A stretch of 64,000 nucleotides of DNA from Auanema rhodensis. Lineage: Eukaryota > Animalia > Nematoda. Both the position numbers and the translations under genes were made by a program. Positions 27,076-41,507 of this stretch are shown piece by piece. The stretch covers positions 124,001 through 188,000 of the forward strand of contig CAXKVF010000082.1 of assembly GCA_964057225.1 (NCBI GenBank), in the 5' to 3' direction. The notes beneath the pieces were generated by a model. It did no database searches. It was not told the origin of the DNA and worked only from the letters and a program-made list of their open reading frames with translations. Position 1 is the stretch's first letter. Every line of letters starts with the position of its first letter.

Positions 27076-30000
27076 ACGTGAAGCGAGTTACATACCAAGT
27101 GCACATCACGTGTACATTTAATTAGCATAAATTAAAGTTCACGTAAATTTCAAAGTCATGGTTACCATGAACCAATATCAATAAAAATTTGTTTTTAGAA
27201 TAATATGGACATGGGGAATCTAATTTTGAAAACCGCATCTCTTTATATTTCACGTGAAGCGAGTTACATACCAAGTGCACATCACGTGTACATTTAATTA
27301 GCATAAATTAAAGTTCACGTAAATTTCAAAGTCATGGTTACCATGAAGCAATATCAATAAAAATTTGTTTTTAGACTAATATGGACATGGGGAATCTAAT
27401 TTTGAAAACCGCATCTCTTTATCTTTCACGTGAAGCGAGTTACATACCAAGTGCACATCACGTGTACATTTAATTAGCATTAATTAAAGTTCACGTAAAT
27501 TTCAAAGTCATGGTTACCATGAAGCAATATCAATAAAAATTTGTTTTTAGACTAATATGGACATGGGGAATCTAATTTTGAAAACCGCATCTTTTTATCT
27601 TTCACGTGAAGCGAGTTACATACCAAGTGCACATCACGTGTACATTTAATTAGCATAAATTAAAGTTCACGTAAATTTCAAAGTCATGGTTACCATGAAC
27701 CAATATCAATAAAAATTTGTTTTTAGACTAATATGGACATGGGGAATCTAATTTTGAGAACCGCATCTCTTTATCTTTCACGTGAAGCGAGTTACATACC
27801 AAGTGCACATCACGTGTACATTTAATTAGCATAAATTAAAGTTCACGTAAATTTCAAAGTCATGGTTACCATGAAGCAATATCAATAAAAATTTGTTTTT
27901 AGACTAATATGGACATGGGGAATCTAATTTTGAAAACCGCATCTCTTTATCTTTCACGTGAAGCGAGTTACATACCAAGTGCACATCACGTGTACATTTA
28001 ATTAGCATAAATTAAAGTTCACGTAAATTTCAAAGTCATGGTTACCATGCACCAATATCAATAAAAATTTGTTTTTAGACTAATATGGACATGGGGAATC
28101 TAATTTTGAAAACCGCATCTCTTTATCTTTCACGTGAAGCGAGTTACATACCAAGTGCACATCACGTGTACATTTAATTAGCATAAATTAAAGTTCACGT
28201 AAAATTCAAAGTCATGGTTACCATGCACCAATATCAATAAAAATTTGTTTTTAGACTAATATGGACATGGGGAATCTAATTTTGAAAACCGCATCTCTTT
28301 ATCTTTCACGTGAAGCGAGTTACATACCAAGTGCACATCACGTGTACATTTAATTAGCATAAATTAAAGTTCACGTAAATTTCAAAGTCATGGTTACCAT
28401 GAACCAATATCAATAAAAATTTGTTTTTAGAATAATATGGACATGGGGAATCTAATTTTGAAAACCGCATCTCTTTATATTTCACGTGAAGCGAGTTACA
28501 TACCAAGTGCACATCACGTGTACATTTAATTAGCATAAATTAAAGTTCACGTAAATTTCAAAGTCATGGTTACCATGAAGCAATATCAATAAAAATTTGT
28601 TTTTAGACTAATATGGACATGGGGAATCTAATTTTGAAAACCGCATCTCTTTATCTTTCACGTGAAGCGAGTTACATACCAAGTGCACATCACGTGTACA
28701 TTTAATTAGCATTAATTAAAGTTCACGTAAATTTCAAAGTCATGGTTACCATGAAGCAATATCAATAAAAATTTGTTTTTAGACTAATATGGACATGGGG
28801 AATCTAATTTTGAAAACCGCATCTTTTTATCTTTCACGTGAAGCGAGTTACATACCAAGTGCACATCACGTGTACATTTAATTAGCATAAATTAAAGTTC
28901 ACGTAAATTTCAAAGTCATGGTTACCATGAACCAATATCAATAAAAATTTGTTTTTAGACTAATATGGACATGGGGAATCTAATTTTGAGAACCGCATCT
29001 CTTTATCTTTCACGTGAAGCGAGTTACATACCAAGTGCACATCACGTGTACATTTAATTAGCATAAATTAAAGTTCACGTAAATTTCAAAGTCATGGTTA
29101 CCATGAAGCAATATCAATAAAAATTTGTTTTTAGACTAATATGGACATGGGGAATCTAATTTTGAAAACCGCATCTCTTTATCTTTCACGTGAAGCGAGT
29201 TACATACCAAGTGCACATCACGTGTACATTTAATTAGCATAAATTAAAGTTCACGTAAATTTCAAAGTCATGGTTACCATGCACCAATATCAATAAAAAT
29301 TTGTTTTTAGACTAATATGGACATGGGGAATCTAATTTTGAAAACCGCATCTCTTTATCTTTCACGTGAAGCGAGTTACATACCAAGTGCACATCACGTG
29401 TACATTTAATTAGCATAAATTAAAGTTCACGTAAATTTCAAAGTCATGGTTACCATGAACCAATATCAATAAAAATTTGTTTTTAGACTAATATGGACAT
29501 GGGGAATCTAATTTTGAAAACCGCATCTCTTTATCTTTCACGTGAAGCGAGTTACATACCAAGTGCACATCACGTGTACATTTAATTAGCATAAATTAAA
29601 GTTCACGTAAATTTCAAAGTCATGGTTACCATGAAGCAATATCAATAAAAATTTGTTTTTAGACTAATATGGACATGGGGAATCTAATTTTGAAAACCGC
29701 ATCTCTTTATCTTTCACGTGAAGCGAGTTACATACCAAGTGCACATCACGTGTACATTTAATTAGCATAAATTAAAGTTCACGTAAATTTCAAAGTCATG
29801 GTTACCATGCACCAATATCAATAAAAATTTGTTTTTAGACTAATATGGACATGGGGAATCTAATTTTGAAAACCGCATCTCTTTATCTCTCACGTGAAGC
29901 GAGTTACATACCAAGTGCACATCACGTGTACATTTAATTAGCATAAATTAAAGTTCACGTAAATTTCAAAGTCATGGTTACCATGAACCAATATCAATAA

Positions 30001-32355
30001 AAATTTGTTTTTAGACTAATATGGACATGGGGAATCTAATTTTGAAAACCGCATCTCTTTATCTTTCACGTGAAGCGAGTTACATACCAAGTGCACATCA
30101 CGTGTACATTTAATTAGCATAAATTAAAGTTCACGTAAATTTCAAAGTCATGGTTACCATGAACCAATATCAATAAAAATTTGTTTTTAGACTAATATGG
30201 ACATGGGGAATCTAATTTTGAAAACCGCATCTCTTTATCTTTCACGTGAAGCGAGTTACATACCAAGTGCACATCACGTGTACATTTAATTAGCATAAAT
30301 TAAAGTTCACGTAAATTTCAAAGTCATGGTTACCATGAACCAATATCAATAAAAATTTGTTTTTAGAATAATATGGACATGGGGAATCTAATTTTGAAAA
30401 CCGCATCTCTTTATATTTCACGTGAAGCGAGTTACATACCAAGTGCACATCACGTGTACATTTAATTAGCATAAATTAAAGTTCACGTAAATTTCAAAGT
30501 CATGGTTACCATGAAGCAATATCAATAAAAATTTGTTTTTAGACTAATATGGACATGGGGAATCTAATTTTGAAAACCGCATCTCTTTATCTTTCACGTG
30601 AAGCGAGTTACATACCAAGTGCACATCACGTGTACATTTAATTAGCATTAATTAAAGTTCACGTAAATTTCAAAGTCATGGTTACCATGAAGCAATATCA
30701 ATAAAAATTTGTTTTTAGACTAATATGGACATGGGGAATCTAATTTTGAAAACCGCATCTTTTTATCTTTCACGTGAAGCGAGTTACATACCAAGTGCAC
30801 ATCACGTGTACATTTAATTAGCATAAATTAAAGTTCACGTAAATTTCAAAGTCATGGTTACCATGAACCAATATCAATAAAAATTTGTTTTTAGACTAAT
30901 ATGGACATGGGGAATCTAATTTTGAGAACCGCATCTCTTTATCTTTCACGTGAAGCGAGTTACATACCAAGTGCACATCACGTGTACATTTAATTAGCAT
31001 AAATTAAAGTTCACGTAAATTTCAAAGTCATGGTTACCATGAAGCAATATCAATAAAAATTTGTTTTTAGACTAATATGGACATGGGGAATCTAATTTTG
31101 AAAACCGCATCTCTTTATCTTTCACGTGAAGCGAGTTACATACCAAGTGCACATCACGTGTACATTTAATTAGCATAAATTAAAGTTCACGTAAATTTCA
31201 AAGTCATGGTTACCATGCACCAATATCAATAAAAATTTGTTTTTAGACTAATATGGACATGGGGAATCTAATTTTGAAAACCGCATCTCTTTATCTTTCA
31301 CGTGAAGCGAGTTACATACCAAGTGCACATCACGTGTACATTTAATTAGCATAAATTAAAGTTCACGTAAATTTCAAAGTCATGGTTACCATGAACCAAT
31401 ATCAATAAAAATTTGTTTTTAGACTAATATGGACATGGGGAATCTAATTTTGAAAACCGCATCTCTTTATCTTTCACGTGAAGCGAGTTACATACCAAGT
31501 GCACATCACGTGTACATTTAATTAGCATAAATTAAAGTTCACGTAAATTTCAAAGTCATGGTTACCATGAAGCAATATCAATAAAAATTTGTTTTTAGAC
31601 TAATATGGACATGGGGAATCTAATTTTGAAAACCGCATCTCTTTATCTTTCACGTGAAGCGAGTTACATACCAAGTGCACATCACGTGTACATTTAATTA
31701 GCATAAATTAAAGTTCACGTAAATTTCAAAGTCATGGTTACCATGAAGCAATATCAATAAAAATTTGTTTTTAGACTAATATGGACATGGGGAATCTAAT
31801 TTTGAAAACCGCATCTCTTTATCTTTCACGTGAAGCGAGTTACATACCAAGTGCACATCACGTGTACATTTAATTAGCATAAATTAAAGTTCACGTAAAT
31901 TTCAAAGTCATGGTTACCATGCACCAATATCAATAAAAATTTGTTTTTAGACTAATATGGACATGGGGAATCTAATTTTGAAAACCGCATCTCTTTATCT
32001 CTCACGTGAAGCGAGTTACATACCAAGTGCACATCACGTGTACATTTAATTAGCATAAATTAAAGTTCACGTAAATTTCAAAGTCATGGTTACCATGAAC
32101 CAATATCAATAAAAATTTGTTTTTAGACTAATATGGACATGGGGAATCTAATTTTGAAAACCGCATCTCTTTATCTTTCACGTGAAGCGAGTTACATACC
32201 AAGTGCACATCACGTGTACATTTAATTAGCATAAATTAAAGTTCACGTAAATTTCAAAGTCATGGTTACCATGAACCAATATCAATAAAAATTTGTTTTT
32301 AGACTAATATGGACATGGGGAATCTAATTTTGAAAACCGCATCTCTTTATCTTTC
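27076..32355. repeat. Three-copy higher-order repeat with units of 7, 11 and 12 monomers
   Basis: A marker cassette (C125A+C172A; A54T+C166T; gagaacc at 27758/28990/30926) recurs at +1232 and then +1936 bp. The third unit has one extra C97G monomer. Confidence 0.88.
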
Positions 32356-35300
32356 ACGTGAAGCGAGTTACATACCAAGTGCACATCACGTGTACATTTA
32401 ATTAGCATAAATTAAAGTTCACGTAAATTTCAAAGTCATGGTTACCATGAAGCAATATCAATAAAAATTTGTTTTTAGACTAATATGGACATGGGGAATC
32501 TAATTTTGAAAACCGCATCTCTTTATCTTTCACGTGAAGCGAGTTACATACCAAGTGCACATCACGTGTACATTTAATTAGCATAAATTAAAGTTCACGT
32601 AAATTTCAAAGTCATGGTTACCATGAACCAATATCAATAAAAATTTGTTTTTAGACTAATATGGACATGGGGAATCTAATTTTGAAAACCGCATCTCTTT
32701 ATCTTTCACGTGAAGCGAGTTACATACCAAGTGCACATCACGTGTACATTTAATTAGCATAAATTAAAGTTCACGTAAAATTCAAAGTCATGGTTACCAT
32801 GCACCAATATCAATAAAAATTTGTTTTTAGACTAATATGGACATGGGGAATCTAATTTTGAAAACCGCATCTCTTTATCTTTCACGTGAAGCGAGTTACA
32901 TACCAAGTGCACATCACGTGTACATTTAATTAGCATAAATTAAAGTTCACGTAAATTTCAAAGTCATGGTTACCATGAAGCAATATCAATAAAAATTTGT
33001 TTTTAGACTAATATGGACATGGGGAATCTAATTTTGAAAACCGCATCTCTTTATCTTTCACGTGAAGCGAGTTACATACCAAGTGCACATCACGTGTACA
33101 TTTAATTAGCATAAATTAAAGTTCACGTAAATTTCAAAGTCATGGTTACCATGAACCAATATCAATAAAAATTTGTTTTTAGACTAATATGGACATGGGG
33201 AATCTAATTTTGAAAACCGCATCTCTTTATCTTTCACGTGAAGCGAGTTACATACCAAGTGCACATCACGTGTACATTTAATTAGCATAAATTAAAGTTC
33301 ACGTAAATTTCAAAGTCATGGTTACCATGAAGCAATATCAATAAAAATTTGTTTTTAGACTAATATGGAGATGGGGAATCTAATTTTGAAAACCGCATCT
33401 CTTTATCTTTCACGTGAAGCGAGTTACATACCAAGTGCACATCACGTGTACATTTAATTAGCATAAATTAAAGTTCACGTAAAATTCAAAGTCATGGTTA
33501 CCATGCACCAATATCAATAAAAATTTGTTTTTAGACTAATATGGACATGGGGAATCTAATTTTGAAAACCGCATCTCTTTATCTTTCACGTGAAGCGAGT
33601 TACATACCAAGTGCACATCACGTGTACATTTAATTAGCATAAATTAAAGTTCACGTAATCTTCAAAGTCATGGTTACCATGAACCAATATCAATAAAAAT
33701 TTGTTTTCAGACTAATATGGACATGGGGAATCTAATTTTGAAAACCGCATCTCTTTATCTTTCACGTGAAGCGAGTTACATACCAAGTGCACATCACGTG
33801 TACATTTAATTAGCATAAATTAAAGTTCACGTAAATTTCAAAGTCATGGTTACCATGAACCAATATCAATAAAAATTTGTTTTTAGACTAATATGGACAT
33901 GGGGAATCTAATTTTGAAAACCGCATCTCTTTATCTTTCACGTGAAGCGAGTTACATACCAAGTGCACATCACGTGTACATTTAATTAGCATAAATTAAA
34001 GTTCACGTAAATTTCAAAGTCATGGTTACCATGAAGCAATATCAATAAAAATTTGTTTTTAGACTAATATGGACATGGGGAATCTAATTTTGAAAACCGC
34101 ATCTCTTTATCTTTCACGTGAAGCGAGTTACATACCAAGTGCACATCACGTGTACATTTAATTAGCATAAATTAAAGTTCACGTAAATTTCAAAGTCATG
34201 GTTACCATGAAGCAATATCAATAAAAATTTGTTTTTAGACTAATATGGACATGGGGAATCTAATTTTGAAAACCGCATCTCTTTATCTTTCACGTGAAGC
34301 GAGTTACATACCAAGTGCACATCACGTGTACATTTAATTAGCATAAATTAAAGTTCACGTAAATTTCAAAGTCATGGTTACCATGAACCAATATCAATAA
34401 AAATTTGTTTTTAGACTAATATGGACATGGGGAATCTAATTTTGAAAACCGCATCTCTTTATCTTTCACGTGAAGCGAGTTACATACCAAGTGCACATCA
34501 CGTGTACATTTAATTAGCATAAATTAAAGTTCACGTAAAATTCAAAGTCATGGTTACCATGCACCAATATCAATAAAAATTTGTTTTTAGACTAATATGG
34601 ACATGGGGAATCTAATTTTGAAAACCGCATCTCTTTATCTTTCACGTGAAGCGAGTTACATACCAAGTGCACATCACGTGTACATTTAATTAGCATAAAT
34701 TAAAGTTCACGTAAATTTCAAAGTCATGGTTACCATGAACCAATATCAATAAAAATTTGTTTTGAGACTAATATGGACATGGGGAATCTAATTTTGAAAA
34801 CCGCATCTCTTTATCTTTCACGTGAAGCGAGTTACATACCAAGTGCACATCACGTGTACATTTAATTAGCATAAATTAAAGTTCACGTAAATTTCAAAGT
34901 CATGGTTACCATGAACCAATATCAATAAAAATTTGTTTTTAGACTAATATGGACATGGGGAATCTAATTTTGAAAACCGCATCTCTTTATCTTTCACGTG
35001 AAGCGAGTTACATACCAAGTGCACATCACGTGTACATTTAATTAGCATAAATTAAAGTTCACGTAAATTTCAAAGTCATGGTTACCATGCACCAATATCA
35101 ATAAAAATTTGTTTTTAGACTAATATGGACATGGGGAATCTAATTTTGAAAACCGCATCTCTTCATCTTTCACGTGAAGCGAGTTACATACCAAGTGCAC
35201 ATCACGTGTACATTTAATTAGCATAAATTAAAGTTCACGTAAATTTCAAAGTCATGGTTACCATGAAGCAATATCAATAAAAATTTGTTTTTAGACTAAT

Positions 35301-38300
35301 ATGGACATGGGGAATCTAATTTTGAAAACCGCATCTCTTTATCTTTCACGTGAAGCGAGTTACATACCAAGTGCACATCACGTGTACATTTAATTAGCAT
35401 AAATTAAAGTTCACGTAAATTTCAAAGTCATGGTTACCATGAACCAATATCAATAAAAATTTGTTTTTAGACTAATATGGACATGGGTAATCTAATTTTG
35501 AAAACCGCATCTCTTTATCTTTCACGTGAAGCGAGTTACATACCAAGTGCACATCACGTGTACATTTAATTAGCATAAATTAAAGTTCACGTAAATTTCA
35601 AAGTCATGGTTACCATGAACCAATATCAATAAAAATTTGTTTTTAGACTAATATGGACATGGGGAATCTAATTTTGAAAACCGCATCTCTTCATCTTTCA
35701 CGTGAAGCGAGTTACATACCAAGTGCACATCACGTGTACATTTAATTAGCATAAATTAAAGTTCACGTAAATTTCAAAGTCATGGTTACCATGAACCAAT
35801 ATCAATAAAAATTTGTTTTTAGACTAATATGGACATGGGGAATCTAATTTTGAAAACCGCATTTCTTCATTTTTCACGTGAAGCGAGTTACATACCAAGT
35901 GCACATCACGTGTACATTTAATTAGCATAAATTAAAGTTCACGTAAATTTCAAAGTCATGGTTACCATGAAGCAATATCAATAAAAATTTGTTTTTAGAC
36001 TAATATGGACATGGGGAATCTAATTTTGAAAACCGCATCTCTTTATCTTTCACGTGAAGCGAGTTACATACCAAGTGCACATCACGTGTACATTTAATTA
36101 GCATAAATTAAAGTTCACGTAAATTTCAAAGTCATGGTTACCATGAAGCAATATCAATAAAAATTTGTTTTTAGACTAATATGGACATGGGGAATCTAAT
36201 TTTGAAAACCGCATCTCTTTATCTTTCACGTGAAGCGAGTTACATACCAAGTGCACATCACGTGTACATTTAATTAGCATAAATTAAAGTTCACGTAAAT
36301 TTCAAAGTCATGGTTACCATGAACCAATATCAATAAAAATTTGTTTTTAGACTAATATGGACATGGGGAATCTAATTTTGAAAACCGCATCTCTTTATCT
36401 TTCACGTGAAGCGAGTTACATACCAAGTGCACATCACGTGTACATTTAATTAGCATAAATTAAAGTTCACGTAAAATTCAAAGTCATGGTTACCATGCAC
36501 CAATATCAATAAAAATTTGTTTTTAGACTAATATGGACATGGGGAATCTAATTTTGAAAACCGCATCTCTTTATCTTTCACGTGAAGCGAGTTACATACC
36601 AAGTGCACATCACGTGTACATTTAATTAGCATAAATTAAAGTTCACGTAAATTTCAAAGTCATGGTTACCATGAACCAATATCAATAAAAATTTGTTTTG
36701 AGACTAATATGGACATGGGGAATCTAATTTTGAAAACCGCATCTCTTTATCTTTCACGTGAAGCGAGTTACATACCAAGTGCACATCACGTGTACATTTA
36801 ATTAGCATAAATTAAAGTTCACGTAAATTTCAAAGTCATGGTTACCATGAACCAATATCAATAAAAATTTGTTTTTAGACTAATATGGACATGGGGAATC
36901 TAATTTTGAAAACCGCATCTCTTTATCTTTCACGTGAAGCGAGTTACATACCAAGTGCACATCACGTGTACATTTAATTAGCATAAATTAAAGTTCACGT
37001 AAATTTCAAAGTCATGGTTACCATGCACCAATATCAATAAAAATTTGTTTTTAGACTAATATGGACATGGGGAATCTAATTTTGAAAACCGCATCTCTTC
37101 ATCTTTCACGTGAAGCGAGTTACATACCAAGTGCACATCACGTGTACATTTAATTAGCATAAATTAAAGTTCACGTAAATTTCAAAGTCATGGTTACCAT
37201 GAAGCAATATCAATAAAAATTTGTTTTTAGACTAATATGGACATGGGGAATCTAATTTTGAAAACCGCATCTCTTTATCTTTCACGTGAAGCGAGTTACA
37301 TACCAAGTGCACATCACGTGTACATTTAATTAGCATAAATTAAAGTTCACGTAAATTTCAAAGTCATGGTTACCATGAACCAATATCAATAAAAATTTGT
37401 TTTTAGACTAATATGGACATGGGGAATCTAATTTTGAAAACCGCATCTCTTTATCTTTCACGTGAAGCGAGTTACATACCAAGTGCACATCACGTGTACA
37501 TTTAATTAGCATAAATTAAAGTTCACGTAAATTTCAAAGTCATGGTTACCATGAACCAATATCAATAAAAATTTGTTTTTAGACTAATATGGACATGGGG
37601 AATCTAATTTTGAAAACCGCATCTCTTTATCTTTCACGTGAAGCGAGTTACATACCAAGTGCACATCACGTGTACATTTAATTAGCATAAATTAAAGTTC
37701 ACGTAAATTTCAAAGTCATGGTTACCATGCACCAATATCAATAAAAATTTGTTTTTAGACTAATATGGACATGGGGAATCTAATTTTGAAAACCGCATCT
37801 CTTCATCTTTCACGTGAAGCGAGTTACATACCAAGTGCACATCACGTGTACATTTAATTAGCATAAATTAAAGTTCACGTAAATTTCAAAGTCATGGTTA
37901 CCATGCACCAATATCAATAAAAATTTGTTTTTAGACTAATATGGACATGGGGAATCTAATTTTGAAAACCGCATCTCTTTATCTTTCACGTGAAGCGAGT
38001 TACATACCAAGTGCGCATCACGTGTACATTTAATTAGCATAAATTAAAGTTCACGTAAATTTCAAAGTCATGGTTACCATGAACCAATATCAATAAAAAT
38101 TTGTTTTGAGACTAATATGGACATGGGGAATCTAATTTTGAAAACCGCATCTCTTTATCTTTCACGTGAAGCGAGTTACATACCAAGTGCACATCACGTG
38201 TACATTTAATTAGCATAAATTAAAGTTCACGTAAATTTCAAAGTCATGGTTACCATGAAGCAATATCAATAAAAATTTGTTTTTAGACTAATATGGACAT

Positions 38301-39571
38301 GGGGAATCTAATTTTGAAAACCGCATCTCTTTATCTTTCACGTGAAGCGAGTTACATACCAAGTGCACATCACGTGTACATTTAATTAGCATAAATTAAA
38401 GTTCACGTAAATTTCAAAGTCATGGTTACCATGAACCAATATCAATAAAAATTTGTTTTTAGACTAATATGGACATGGGGAATCTAATTTTGAAAACCGC
38501 ATCTCTTTATCTTTCACGAGAAGCGAGTTACATACCAAGTGCACATCACGTGTACATTTAATTAGCATAAATTAAAGTTCACGTAAAATTCAAAGTCATG
38601 GTTACCATGCACCAATATCAATAAAAATTTGTTTTTAGACTAATATGGACATGGGGAATCTAATTTTGAAAACCGCATCTCTTTATCTTTCACGTGAAGC
38701 GAGTTACATACCAAGTGCACATCACGTGTACATTTAATTAGCATAAATTAAAGTTCACGTAAATTTCAAAGTCATGGTTACCATGAAGCAATATCAATAA
38801 AAATTTGTTTTTAGACTAATATGGACATGGGGAATCTAATTTTGAAAACCGCATCTCTTTATCTTTCACGTGAAGCGAGTTACATACCAAGTGCACATCA
38901 CGTGTACATTTAATTAGCATAAATTAAAGTTCACGTAAATTTCAAAGTCATGGTTACCATGAACCAATATCAATAAAAATTTGTTTTTAGACTAATATGG
39001 ACATGGGGAATCTAATTTTGAAAACCGCATCTCTTTATCTTTCACGTGAAGCGAGTTACATACCAAGTGCACATCACGTGTACATTTAATTAGCATAAAT
39101 TAAAGTTCACGTAAATTTCAAAGTCATGGTTACCATGAAGCAATATCAATAAAAATTTGTTTTTAGACTAATATGGACATGGGGAATCTAATTTTGAAAA
39201 CCGCATCTCTTTATCTTTCACGTGAAGCGAGTTACATACCAAGTGCACATCACGTGTACATTTAATTAGCATAAATTAAAGTTCACGTAAATTTCAAAGT
39301 CATGGTTACCATGAACCAATATCAATAAAAATTTGTTTTTAGACTAATATGGACATGGGGAATCTAATTTTGAAAACCGCATCTCTTTATCTTTCACGTG
39401 AAGCGAGTTACATACCAAGTGCACATCACGTGTACATTTAATTAGCATAAATTAAAGTTCACGTAAAATTCAAAGTCATGGTTACCATGCACCAATATCA
39501 ATAAAAATTTGTTTTTAGACTAATATGGACATGGGGAATCTAATTTTGAAAACCGCATCTCTTTATCTTTC

Positions 39572-41507
39572 ACGTGAAGCGAGTTACATACCAAGTGCAC
39601 ATCACGTGTACATTTAATTAGCATAAATTAAAGTTCACGTAAATTTCAAAGTCATGGTTACCATGAACCAATATCAATAAAAATTTGTTTTTAGACTAAT
39701 ATGAACATGGGAAATCTAATTGTGGAAACCGCATCTCTTTATCTTTCACGTGAAGCGAGTTACATACCAAGTGCACATCACGTGTACATTTAATTAGCAT
39801 AAATTAAAGTTCACGTAAATTTCAAAGTCATGGTTACCATGAAGCAATATCAATAAAAATTTGTTTTTAGACTAATATGGACATGGGGAATCTAATTTTG
39901 AAAACCGCATCTCTTTATCTTTCACGTGAAGCGAGTTACATACCAAATGCACATCACGTGTACATTTAATTAGCATAAATTAAAGTTCACGTAAAATTCA
40001 AAGTCATGGTTACCATGCACCAATATCAATAAAAATTTGTTTCTAGACTAATATGGACATGGGGAATCTAATTTTGAAAACCGCATCTCTTTATCTTTCA
40101 CGTGAAGCGAGTTACATACCAAGTGCACATCACGTGTACATTTAATTAGCATAAATTAAAGTTCACGTAAATTTCAAAGTCATGGTTACCATGAACCAAT
40201 ATCAATAAAAATTTGTTTTTAGACTAATATGGACATGGGGAATCTAATTTTGAAAACCGCATCTCTTTATCTTTCACGTGAAGCGAGTTACATACCAAGT
40301 GCACATCACGTGTACATTTAATTAGCATAAATTAAAGTTCACGTAAATTTCAAAGTCATGGTTACCATGAACCAATATCAATAAAAATTTGTTTTTAGAC
40401 TAATATGAACATGGGAAATCTAATTGTGGAAACCGCATCTCTTTATCTTTCACGTGAAGCGAGTTACATACCAAGTGCACATCACGTGTACATTTAATTA
40501 GCATAAATTAAAGTTCACGTAAATTTCAAAGTCATGGTTACCATGAAGCAATATCAATAAAAATTTGTTTTTAGACTAATATGGACATGGGGAATCTAAT
40601 TTTGAAAACCGCATCTCTTTATCTTTCACGTGAAGCGAGTTACATACCAAATGCACATCACGTGTACATTTAATTAGCATAAATTAAAGTTCACGTAAAA
40701 TTCAAAGTCATGGTTACCATGCACCAATATCAATAAAAATTTGTTTTTAGACTAATATGAACATGGGAAATCTAATTGTGGAAACCGCATCTCTTTATCT
40801 TTCACGTGAAGCGAGTTACATACCAAGTGCACATCACGTGTACATTTAATTAGCATAAATTAAAGTTCACGTAAATTTCAAAGTCATGGTTACCATGAAG
40901 CAATATCAATAAAAATTTGTTTTTAGACTAATATGGACATGGGGAATCTAATTTTGAAAACCGCATCTCTTTATCTTTCACGTGAAGCGAGTTACATACC
41001 AAATGCACATCACGTGTACATTTAATTAGCATAAATTAAAGTTCACGTAAAATTCAAAGTCATGGTTACCATGCACCAATATCAATAAAAATTTGTTTTT
41101 AGACTAATATGAACATGGGAAATCTAATTGTGGAAACCGCATCTCTTTATCTTTCACGTGAAGCGAGTTACATACCAAGTGCACATCACGTGTACATTTA
41201 ATTAGCATAAATTAAAGTTCACGTAAATTTCAAAGTCATGGTTACCATGAAGCAATATCAATAAAAATTTGTTTTTAGACTAATATGGACATGGGGAATC
41301 TAATTTTGAAAACCGCATCTCTTTATCTGTCACGTGAAGCGAGTTACATACCAAATGCACATCACGTGTACATTTAATTAGCATAAATTAAAGTTCACGT
41401 AAAATTCAAAGTCATGGTTACCATGCACCAATATCAATAAAAATTTGTTTTTAGACTAATATGGACATGGGGAATCTAATTTTGAAAACCGCATCTCTTT
41501 ATCTTTC
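39572..41507. repeat. Local tetramer-to-dimer higher-order repeat carrying a 4-SNP haplotype
   Basis: atgaacatgggaaatctaattgtggaaacc (G133A, G141A, T151G, A154G) has its G133A at 39704, 40408, 40760 and 41112, spaced 704, 352 and 352 bp, interleaved with G24A. Confidence 0.88.

Noticed and set aside
1807-30472. Seven 60-aa minus-strand ORFs (MLIKCTRDVH...)
   Set aside because: Each is one satellite monomer in which C125A removes a minus-strand TAG stop. Copies track the block duplications, nearly all other monomers have the stop, and there is no gene context or recognisable domain. They are not credible CDSs.
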